Below, one piece after another: positions 50,471-59,200 of a DNA stretch of 64,000 nt. The translations under genes and the position numbers were made by a program. Under the pieces are notes generated by a model that had not been told where the DNA came from, ran no database searches, and saw only the letters and a program-made list of their open reading frames with translations. Positions within the stretch are counted from its first letter, which is position 1. Each line of letters starts with the position of its first letter. Source of the stretch: Mycobacteriales bacterium (GTDB lineage: Bacteria > Actinomycetota > Actinomycetes > Mycobacteriales > Pseudonocardiaceae); the NCBI GenBank assembly GCA_038254065.1, contig JBBSGM010000001.1, positions 6,434-70,433 of the forward strand. Reading direction: 5' to 3'.

Positions 50471-52614
50471 ATGTTCCGACCTTGTTGTTCTTCCTGGCCG
50501 CCGTAGTGACCGCACGGTGGGCGTGGCGCCGCGGCGCCCGCGTCCTCGCGATCGGCGCCGCTGCGACGGCCGGGTTGTTCGCCGTGTCGCTGTGGCAGTC
50601 CACCCACCCCGTCGTCCTCGCCCTCCTCGTCGCCGCCGCTGCGGCGGTGGGGTGGCGGCGCTATGGGTCGACGGTGGCGGTGGTGACCCGGTGGGGCTCG
50701 GCGATCCGCCGCAAGTCCGGGGTGGCGTCCTCCTGGGACATCGCCCGGTATGTCGGGCCGGTGGCGATGCGCCGCCGCGGCCCGATCATGCGCCCCTCCC
50801 TGCGCCAGGGCCGCCGGGTGGATCGGTGGCGGCAGCTGTTCACCCTGCCGGTGACGGAGGTCGCGGTCCGGTTGTGCCGGGTGGGTCGCCGGTGGGTGTG
50901 GTGCGCGGTGGAGGAGGTGGTGCTGATCATCGGCGGTCCGCGCAAGGGCAAGACCCAGCTGTTGGGCGGGGAGATCATCGATGCCCCGGGCGCGGTCATC
51001 GTCACCTCTACCCGTACCGACCTGCTCGATCAGACCGGGCCGCTGCGCGCGGCGAAGGGCCCGGTGTACGTGTTCAACCCGGTCGGGCTGGGGGAGCGCC
51101 CCTCGACGGTGACGTTCGACCCGCTCACGGGCTGCCAGAACCCGGTGACCGCGGCGGAGCGGGCGACGGACATGCTCGCCGCCGGCGACGGCTACGGCGG
51201 CCGGTCGGGTGACCGCGAGTTCTGGGACGACCAGGGCCGCCGCAACCTGGCCGCCCTGATGCACGCCGCTGCGCTGGCCGGGGACCTGACCATGCTCGAC
51301 GTCTCCCGGTGGCTGTCGGACCTGGACGGCAACGCCGCGCAAATCGTCGGGCTGCTGCGCAACCTGTCGCCGGAGCCGGCGTTCGAGGCCTCGGTCGCCC
51401 AGTTCATCAAGACGAACCCGAACACCCGCACCTCGATCACCTCGACGATCTCACCCGCCCTGGCGTGGCTGACCCACAAACCAGCCCAGGCCGCCGCGCT
51501 ACCGGCCCGCCACGGCGGGCACCCCCTCGACGTCGCGGCCCTGCTCGCCGAAAGCGGCAGCGTGTTCATGCTCGGTGGCGAGGAGGCGCAGGTCGCCCCG
51601 CTGGTGTGCGCGATGACCGGGTGGATCGCCCGCGAGGCCCGGCGCCTGGCGGCGTTCTGCCCCGACGGGCGGCTCGATCCGCCGCTGTCGTTGCGCCTGG
51701 ACGAGTGCGCACTGATCTGCAAGGTGCCGCTACACCAGTGGACCGCCGACATGGGCGGGCGCGGCGTGTCGATCGTGGCGTGCTTCCAGTCCCGCAGCCA
51801 GATCATCGACCACTACGGGCAGGCCAAGGCGGCCACGATCATCAACAACGCGGGCCCGAAGGTGCTGTTCGGCGGCACCGGTGACCGCGACGACCTCGAT
51901 TTCTGGTCCAAGCTGGCCGGGGACCGCGACGAGCGGATCACCACCACCGACATGCACGGCCGGGTCGCCTCCCACACGGTGCGCCGGGTTCCGGTGTTGG
52001 CGCCCTCGCAGCTGCACACCCTGCCACCCGGGCGGGTGGTGGTGTTCACCTCCGCGGTCGCGCCGATCGTCGGGCGCACGCAGCAGGTGAAGGACCGGTT
52101 CGACGTCCGCGCTCACCACACCCCGGACGTCGTCGCGGTCCGAGCCCGGGTCTGGGCCCGTGACACCGCCCGCCGGTCGGGCGCGTGGCTGGGGCAGCAG
52201 GCCAGCCCGGTCTCGGCTGCGCTGCTCGGGCTCATCGTCGGAGCGACGTACGGACAGCTGGGCGCGGTCGCGATCGGGCAGGTCCCCGGGTGGGTCGGTG
52301 GACTCGCCGGCGCGGCCGTCGGCGTCCTGGCCGGGCTCCTGGCGCAGCACCTCGCGGTCACCGCCTGGCGCCGGTGGCGGGCACCGCTCACGGCCTGGAT
52401 CGTCCGCCTGCTTCGCCCCGCGATCGCTTGGACGGTCGCCCGGGTCGTCTGGCTGCGGGCCCGGCTGTTCGGGCGCGGCGGAGCCACCCACTACCAGCCC
52501 TTCAACGGGCCCGACCCGGTCACCGAGCCCATCCCGGTCATCGCGGCCCTGCCCGCCGCGCCTGACCGGTCCCGCTGGGCGCCATCCCCGCCGGTCGTCG
52601 ACGACGCGCCCTGA
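50467..52614 (+). CDS. Type IV coupling protein (VirD4/TraG/TraD family)
   Basis: N-terminal TM helices, Walker A IIGGPRKGKTQ and Walker B LSLRLDECALI, followed by GRGVSIVACFQSRSQI. Extra hydrophobic helices occur near the C-terminus. Confidence 0.85.
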   Translation: MNVPTLLFFLAAVVTARWAWRRGARVLAIGAAATAGLFAVSLWQSTHPVVLALLVAAAAAVGWRRYGSTVAVVTRWGSAIRRKSGVASSWDIARYVGPVAMRRRGPIMRPSLRQGRRVDRWRQLFTLPVTEVAVRLCRVGRRWVWCAVEEVVLIIGGPRKGKTQLLGGEIIDAPGAVIVTSTRTDLLDQTGPLRAAKGPVYVFNPVGLGERPSTVTFDPLTGCQNPVTAAERATDMLAAGDGYGGRSGDREFWDDQGRRNLAALMHAAALAGDLTMLDVSRWLSDLDGNAAQIVGLLRNLSPEPAFEASVAQFIKTNPNTRTSITSTISPALAWLTHKPAQAAALPARHGGHPLDVAALLAESGSVFMLGGEEAQVAPLVCAMTGWIAREARRLAAFCPDGRLDPPLSLRLDECALICKVPLHQWTADMGGRGVSIVACFQSRSQIIDHYGQAKAATIINNAGPKVLFGGTGDRDDLDFWSKLAGDRDERITTTDMHGRVASHTVRRVPVLAPSQLHTLPPGRVVVFTSAVAPIVGRTQQVKDRFDVRAHHTPDVVAVRARVWARDTARRSGAWLGQQASPVSAALLGLIVGATYGQLGAVAIGQVPGWVGGLAGAAVGVLAGLLAQHLAVTAWRRWRAPLTAWIVRLLRPAIAWTVARVVWLRARLFGRGGATHYQPFNGPDPVTEPIPVIAALPAAPDRSRWAPSPPVVDDAP

Positions 52615-52712
52615 TCGGTGGGCGGGGTCGGGTGACCAGCCGCCTCGGCCCCGCCCACCCAGCCACACCTCAGCACGACCCGACTGTTCGTCCCTCGTCC
52701 TTGGAGACCCCG

Positions 52713-53675
52713 ATGCCCAACACGCCATCCGACCGCCCGTCCATCGCCGAGATCGCCGCCTTCACCCGACGGTTGCGCGACCTGTCCCAAGCTGGCCGTG
52801 ACGCCGACCCCGCTGATCGGGAACGGTTCCTCACCGACAAGCGCGCCCTGTTCGACCGCATCACCGCCGACCGACCTCCGGCACGAGGACGGGACGCAGC
52901 GTTCGCCGCGGCCGCCGCCGAGGACGCAGTGCGTGATGTCGCTCGGGCCCAGGCGGAGAACGGCGGCTATGTACTGGTCGGCCCGTCGGCCCGCACGTGG
53001 CGCGCCGACGACGGCGGGCGGGCGGTCGAACCCGCAACCGAGGCCGAGCACCGGGCCGTCCGCGAGCTGCTCGGCCGCGACCAGCTCGACACCACCGAAC
53101 CCGCGTGGACCACCACTGCGGACGGCCGCACCGACATCGTCAGCACCGTCATCCCGACGGCCGACACCTACGGCGCAGCCTGGTCAGACGACCCGTTCGC
53201 CGACGACGCGGCTCGCGACGGTGACCACGCCGGGGCTGCTCCGGACGCGTGGGACGACTACCGCACCCACACCCCCGACGAAGCGGCCGCGGCGCTGATC
53301 GCCCGGGGCGTCCCACCCGACCAGGCGCCCGGGGTGGTCGACCGCTACCTGGACAGCCTCACTTTCGAGCGTGGTTGGTCCCCTCAGGATCAGTGGCAGC
53401 TCGACGACGACGACCTCGTCCTCATGACCAGCCCACCCGAGGACGAGGTGCCCAGGACCGCCTCGGCGTGGGCCCCGCCTGCCGCGATCGCCGCTACCGC
53501 CGAGACCCGAGCGAGCGCCCGCGCCGCCGACGCCGAGCTGGAACGCCGCGCACAGCTCGCCGGCTGGGACCACGCCGACACCACCACCGCCACCGAGGTC
53601 GACGACGCCACCGCCGAGCCGGCGCGGGTGATCGAGCTCTGCAACCCCATCCCCGGAGAGGAGCCGACGTCATGA
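52713..53675 (+). CDS. Hypothetical acidic ICE protein
   Basis: 320-aa ORF from ATG 52713, Asp/Ala-rich. No motif recognised. Confidence 0.45.
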   Translation: MPNTPSDRPSIAEIAAFTRRLRDLSQAGRDADPADRERFLTDKRALFDRITADRPPARGRDAAFAAAAAEDAVRDVARAQAENGGYVLVGPSARTWRADDGGRAVEPATEAEHRAVRELLGRDQLDTTEPAWTTTADGRTDIVSTVIPTADTYGAAWSDDPFADDAARDGDHAGAAPDAWDDYRTHTPDEAAAALIARGVPPDQAPGVVDRYLDSLTFERGWSPQDQWQLDDDDLVLMTSPPEDEVPRTASAWAPPAAIAATAETRASARAADAELERRAQLAGWDHADTTTATEVDDATAEPARVIELCNPIPGEEPTS

Positions 53676-54397
53676 CCGAACCATCCACCATCCCGCCCGA
53701 GCCGGGCGACCAGGCCGAACCGTGGGAAGGCCCGGTGTTCTCCCTCGGGCGCTCCGTGGCCCGCGCGCTGCGACGGACCGAGCAGGTCGACGCCCGGATC
53801 AGCGAACTCACACAGGTCATCAGCGACCTGGCCGTCAAGCTCGCCGCCACCCCGGACGACAGTCCCGCCAGCGACAACAGCCCGGCCGGGTCGGAGGGGC
53901 CGGGGGTGCGGTCGTGGCTGCTGGCCGCCGACCCCGCCCAGGCCGAGACCGACCTTGCCGACCTCGCCGCGTGGCTGTGGCGGGTGTACCTGTGGTGGCC
54001 CGACGCGTTCGTGTCCTCCTGCTGGCTGTGGCATCCCGAGGTGATCGAGGAGCTGTGGTGGCTGCGCGTCGCGCACGCCGACGCCTACGACCCACAGGCC
54101 GGGTCCTCGCTGCGGGTCGCGGACTGGCACGAGCGCTACCGCCCCGGTGTCGCCCGCCGGGTCCGCGGCGTATTGGTCAAGTGCGAGCTGAACCGGCACA
54201 TCCCGTTCAACGGCCGCCCGGTCGAAGTCGTCCCGCCCGGGCCGCCCGCGCTCGCCCGCCACACCTCCGACGTCGCCGCCGTCTGGGCCGCGGGCGCCGC
54301 GCTCGCCGCCGTCCGCGCCACCGGCCCGCACCCCACACCCGAGGTGCTCGCCGAGGCCGACCAGTACCAGCAGTACCTCTACCGGACCCGGCGATGA
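53672..54397 (+). CDS. DUF4913-like protein
   Basis: ATGA overlap with the upstream stop. The Trp-rich core LAAWLWRVYLWWPDAFVSSCWLWHPEVIEELWWLRVAH matches my recollection of DUF4913, which is common next to coupling proteins in actinobacterial ICEs. Confidence 0.6.
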   Translation: MTEPSTIPPEPGDQAEPWEGPVFSLGRSVARALRRTEQVDARISELTQVISDLAVKLAATPDDSPASDNSPAGSEGPGVRSWLLAADPAQAETDLADLAAWLWRVYLWWPDAFVSSCWLWHPEVIEELWWLRVAHADAYDPQAGSSLRVADWHERYRPGVARRVRGVLVKCELNRHIPFNGRPVEVVPPGPPALARHTSDVAAVWAAGAALAAVRATGPHPTPEVLAEADQYQQYLYRTRR

Positions 54398-55413
54398 CCG
54401 CCCACAACCGGCGCCCGCCGAGGCTGTGTGAAGTGCCGGGGTGCGGGCGTCGGCACCGAGGGCGCGGGTACTGCGCCACTCACCTGGCCCGGCTACACAC
54501 CGACGGCGACGTCCGCGCCGACGAACCGATCCGCTCACCGGCCGAGCACGGCACCTCCTATTGGGGAGCCCGGCAGCGGCTGTACACAACGCGCGGCGCC
54601 GCCGACGCGCAGCAGTGCGCCGGCTGCGCGGCGCCGGCGCGCTGCTGGTCCTACGACGGCGGCGACCCCGACGAGCGGCGCGACCCCGGCAACGGGGTGC
54701 ACTACAGCCTGGACCTGGACCGCTACCGGCCCCGTTGCTGGTCGTGTCACCGCCGCGCCACCAGCGCTCGCTGGCGCAACCCCGAGATGCGCGCTGAGCG
54801 GCGCGCGCACCGGGCCGCGCGTCTGAGCACGGACGACCCGAGTTCGGACGGCCCGGGGTGCCTCGTCCCGGGATGCGAAGGAGAGCACTCCGGGCGCGGC
54901 TACTGCCACACCCACCTGTCGCGACTGCACCGCGTCGGGGACGTCCGCGCCGACGTGCCGATCCAGCACAAGCGCACCCACGGCAAGGTCTCCTACTGGT
55001 CGGTCCTCCAGCGGCTCGGCGGTGAACGCGGACCCGCCCGCGGCCAGACATGCACGGACTGCGGCGGGGCGGCCCTGTCGTGGTCCTACGACAGGGCCGA
55101 CCCCGACGAGCGCACCAGCCCCGAGGGCTACCGCTACAGCCTCAACCTGGACCACTACCGGCCCCGTTGCCGTCCCTGCCATCGCCGTGCCACGAACGCC
55201 GGCGCGGCACCGCGCGCGAAAGCGGCGGTGGAGGACGTTGAGCGGGCCGTGTGGCTCTACGAGCGGGGTGTCAGCGCCGCCGGTATCGGCGCCGTGTTCG
55301 GCGTGTCCCGCACCGCCGTTCTGAACGCGCTCCGCTCGCACGGGGTCATCATCCGCCGCCGCGGTAGCCGTGCCCCGCTCGGTCAACCCCTCGCCGAGAC
55401 CGCTCAGTCATGA
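54394..55413 (+). CDS. Protein with two tandem Cys-rich HNH-like zinc modules and a C-terminal HTH
   Basis: ATGA overlap with the upstream stop. Internal repeat aa 11-123 and 156-266 (C.VPGC......GRGYC.THL.RLH..GDVRAD ... C..C ... Y.L.LD.YRPRC..CHRRAT). The tail reads GVSAAGIGAVFGVSRTAVLNALRSHG. Confidence 0.55.
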   Translation: MTAHNRRPPRLCEVPGCGRRHRGRGYCATHLARLHTDGDVRADEPIRSPAEHGTSYWGARQRLYTTRGAADAQQCAGCAAPARCWSYDGGDPDERRDPGNGVHYSLDLDRYRPRCWSCHRRATSARWRNPEMRAERRAHRAARLSTDDPSSDGPGCLVPGCEGEHSGRGYCHTHLSRLHRVGDVRADVPIQHKRTHGKVSYWSVLQRLGGERGPARGQTCTDCGGAALSWSYDRADPDERTSPEGYRYSLNLDHYRPRCRPCHRRATNAGAAPRAKAAVEDVERAVWLYERGVSAAGIGAVFGVSRTAVLNALRSHGVIIRRRGSRAPLGQPLAETAQS

Positions 55414-55715
55414 GCACTCAACGCCGCAACGCGAGCACGCCAGCCATCCCGAACCGCAACCGACACCCGCTCTTCCCGACCCGCCAACTCAGATCATCAC
55501 CAGCACCCAGACGCAAGAACGACACCTCCGGACATCACCAAACAGCCTCAACGCCACAAGACACGCACCACAGCCCAGAAACGCAAACACACCCACGCAT
55601 CGTGATCAATTGGGGCGGGCCGCGGCCCTGTCGGGCCGCGTGCCACGCACTCGCCAAGATCCACTTCAAGATCGTTCCCGGCGCCGTGGCGCGCCCCGTC
55701 AAGGAGGACTGACCA
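55414..55715 (+). promoter_or_regulatory. Candidate oriT / leading region: C+A-skewed tract followed by a perfect 8-bp hairpin
   Basis: This 302-bp non-coding gap lies upstream of the relaxase operon. In 55441-55600 I hand-counted C 73, A 53, G 23 and T 11 of 160 nt. A hairpin CGCGGCCC-tgtc-GGGCCGCG sits at 55621-55640. Confidence 0.4.
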
Positions 55716-56219
55716 ATGCCCGCAGACGACACCGGCCGCACGGCCGGAACGAAGGCTACCGCCGCTGAGCTGATGGACGCGCGCCGTCCGAGTGAGCGCT
55801 TCGCCGCGTTGACGCTCGCCGCCGCGCAGCGTGACCTGCGGGTCGCGCTGGCGTCGAACCCGGAGGAGATGGCCGGATGGGCGCGGCACCCGGAGGAGCC
55901 GCCGTGGACCGACCCCGTCGCCGAGTACGTGGCGTGGGTGGTGCGGATGGTCGAGGCCGAGCGGCACGCCCGCGCCGGCGCGGTGTCGTCGGTACGGGCC
56001 TGCGAGGACTACGACCGGAGCCACGACCGGGCGGTCGGGCCGCTGGCTGCGGTGATCGCTGCGGCGATCCGCCGAGCGCGGGCCGCGATCTCGGCGATAC
56101 TCGGCTCGAACCCGGTCCTCGCGCAGAGGGCGCGCGACGACGTGCTGAACGGGTGGCCGGAGGACGACCGGCTCGCAGTGCTCGCGCTCGACGCCGGCCC
56201 GGCTGAAGAGGCGCGCTGA
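55716..56219 (+). CDS. Hypothetical protein preceding the relaxase (possible relaxosome accessory factor)
   Basis: 167-aa ORF with an AAGGAGG RBS. Its stop overlaps the relaxase ATG (TGATG). Confidence 0.45.
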   Translation: MPADDTGRTAGTKATAAELMDARRPSERFAALTLAAAQRDLRVALASNPEEMAGWARHPEEPPWTDPVAEYVAWVVRMVEAERHARAGAVSSVRACEDYDRSHDRAVGPLAAVIAAAIRRARAAISAILGSNPVLAQRARDDVLNGWPEDDRLAVLALDAGPAEEAR

Positions 56220-59200
56220 TGTTGTCCGTGCACCGGGGGCACTCAACCCGCTACCTCACCGACGAGGTCGCGAAGGCCCGGGAGGGCTACTACACCGGCG
56301 CGGTCGCCGCGGGCGAGCCGCCCGGGCTGTGGTGGGGCGCCGGGGCGGAGGCGCTTGGGCTGTCCGGTGAGGTGGACGCCGACCTGATGGAGGCCGTCTA
56401 CACACGCCTGCTCGACCCCCGCGACCCGGCCGCGCACGACCGTAAGACGTGGGACGAGGCCGCGATGCTGTCGCCCGGGCACCGCAAGTACAAGACCGCG
56501 GAGGAGATCTACGCCGGGCTGCTGGAACAGCACCCCGACGCAGGCCCGGCGCAGCGGGCGGAGCTACGGGCGCAGGCTGGGCGGTCGGCGCGGCAGCCAG
56601 TGGCGTTCATCGACGTGACTGTGTCCCCTCCGAAGAGCGTCACGGTGGCTGGGTTGGCGTTCGAGCGGGCCGCGACCGAGGCCCGCGAGCGTGGCGACAC
56701 CGACGCCGCGCAGGCGTGGGACGCGCATGCCCAGGCCGTGGAGGACGCGCTGATGGCGGGCGCCCGCGCGGCGCTGGAGTATTTGCAGGAGCACGCCGGC
56801 TACGCCCGGGAGGGCCATCACGGCGGCGGCGCGGGCCGCTGGATCGACGCCCCCGCCTTCGTGGTGGCCCAGTTTCTGCAGCACGATTCGCGGGAGCGGG
56901 ACCCGCAGTGGCACATCCACCAGGCGATCCTCAACCGTGTCCTCTGTGCCGATGGGGTCTGGCGGGCGCTGGACGGGAAGCTGATCGACCTGCATAAGCC
57001 GGCCGCGGCCGCGTTGTGCGAGCGGGTCATCGAGGCCCACCTGGCGCAGTCGGTGGGGTTGCGGAGTGAGACCCGCCCGGATGGGAAGGCGCGGGAGGTG
57101 ATCGGGGTCGACCAGGAGCTGATGGACCTGTTCTCCTCCCGCCGCGCGCAGATCACCCCTAAAGCCGCCGCGCTGATCCGGGAGTTCGAGGCCCACAACG
57201 GGCGCCCACCCTCCCCCTACGAGCGGGTTGTGATCCACGAGCAGGCCACGCTGGTGACTCGCCGCGCCAAGTCCCATGACGGGGAGACCCGCACCGAGCA
57301 GTTCGCCCGGTGGGAGGAGATGGCCCGCACCCGCGTCCAAACGGGTTTGGCCGAGGTCGCCGAGGCGATCCTGGCCCGCAACCGGGACGTCGGCCCGGTG
57401 GCGGAGTTCTCGCCGCTGGATGTGATCGAGCGGGCCGTGGAGTCCCTCGGTGCGGCCCGCGCGCACTACACGCGGGCGGACATGTTCAAGGCCGTCTCCG
57501 ACGCACTCCCCGGGCATCTCGGGCTCGCCCCCGATGAGGTGTTGCCGTTCCTGGACGGGATGACCGACGCCGCGATGGACCGCATCCAACGCCTCACCCC
57601 CGCCGAGGACACCCACGACCTCCCCGACGAGCTGCGCCTGGCCAACGGCGCTCCGGTGTATGCGCGGCCTGGGTCGGCCCGCTACGCCACCCCGGGCGGG
57701 CTGGCCGCGGAGAAGGCGGTCCGCGCCTCCCTGGTGGAGCGGGGTGCGCCCACTCTCACGAGAGGGCAGGTGGACGCCGCTATCGCCCGGTTCGCCGAGT
57801 CCGGGATCACTCTGGGCCCCGACCAGGAGGCCGCGCTGCGCGGGGTCCTGACGTCCGGGGCATGGGTCGAGACCATCGTCGCCGCGGCCGGCACTGGAAA
57901 GTCGTTCGTCGTCGGGGCGATCGCCGACGCCTGGGCCAACCCACCCACCACCACGGGCGGGACGAACGACCCGTCGGGCGGGCAGGAATCGCCCGGGGGC
58001 CGGGTGTTCGGCCTGGCGCCCTACCAGAACGCCGCCGAGGTCCTTGCCGGCGAAGGGCTGCGCACGAAGAACGTCGCCGCGTGGCTCGCCACCCAGGCCC
58101 GGCTCGACCGCACCCGGCCGGGCCAGACCGCCACCGGCCCGAACGGCGACGACGAGACGTGGCGGCTGCGGCCGGGGGATCTGGTCGTGCTCGACGAGGC
58201 CGGGACCGCCGAAACCCCGGCCATCCGCGAAGTCCAGCAGCGCTGCCGCGCCGCCGGCGTCAAGCTGGTGCCGGTCGGTGACCCGGGCCAGCTCTCCACG
58301 ATCGGGCCCGGCGGTGCGCTGGCCGACATGGCCGAGCACGGCATCTGCTACCAGCTCTGCGAGGTGCGCCGCTTCACCCACGCGTGGGAAGGCCCCGCGT
58401 CCCTACGGCTGCGCGATGGCGACACGTCGGTGCTCGCCGAGTACGCCAAGCGCGGCCGGATCATCGACGGCGGCACCGCCGAACAAGCCGAAACACTCGC
58501 GTCGCGTGCCTGGCTCGCCGACACCCTCAACGGGCGCGAGTCGCTGCTGATGGTCGCCACCAACGACGCCGCCGCCCGTGTCTCGAACCAGCTCCGCGCC
58601 GAGCTGATCCAGCTCGGCCGCGTCCAGGAGGACGGGGTGCCGCTGGGCGAAGGCCCGGAGTTGGCCGCCTGGCGCGGCACCGTCGCCGGGGTTGGTGACC
58701 TGATCCAGGCTCGCGCCCTGGCCTGGCACCTGCGCGGGTTCGAGGGCAACACGACCGCCCCGATCACCCGCAAGACCTACCGGGTGATCGCCACCCGCGC
58801 CGACGGCGGGCTGACCGTCGCCCCGATCCTCGACCGCGCCCAGCCCGGCGCCGAGGTCGACGCCGAGAACGGCGCGGTCGAACGCAACGAGTGGGGCGAG
58901 CAGCTCGGGCCGGTCATGGCGCTACCCGGCTCCTACGTGCGCAACCACGTCTCCCTGGGTTACGCCTCCACGAAGGACGCCGCGCAGGGCCGCAATGTTG
59001 ACACCGGGCACAACGTCGCCGGCGCCGGTGTCGACCGCGCCGGGCACTACGTCATGTCGACCCGGGGCCGCGACGCCAACACCACCTACGTCGTCACCCG
59101 CCACCTCGCACCCGATGCCGACACCGGCGAGACGTTCGACTCCGACGCCCGCACACCGGAGGCCGTCCTGGCCGACATCCTCACCGTCGACAACGACGGG

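Noticed and set aside
55370-55768. 132-aa and 100-aa ORFs across the C+A-rich tract
   Set aside because: The amino-acid sequence (Pro/Thr/His/Gln/Arg/Asn runs) merely reflects the nucleotide skew. There is no RBS, and the ORFs bridge two well-supported genes. The region is treated as non-coding (candidate oriT).
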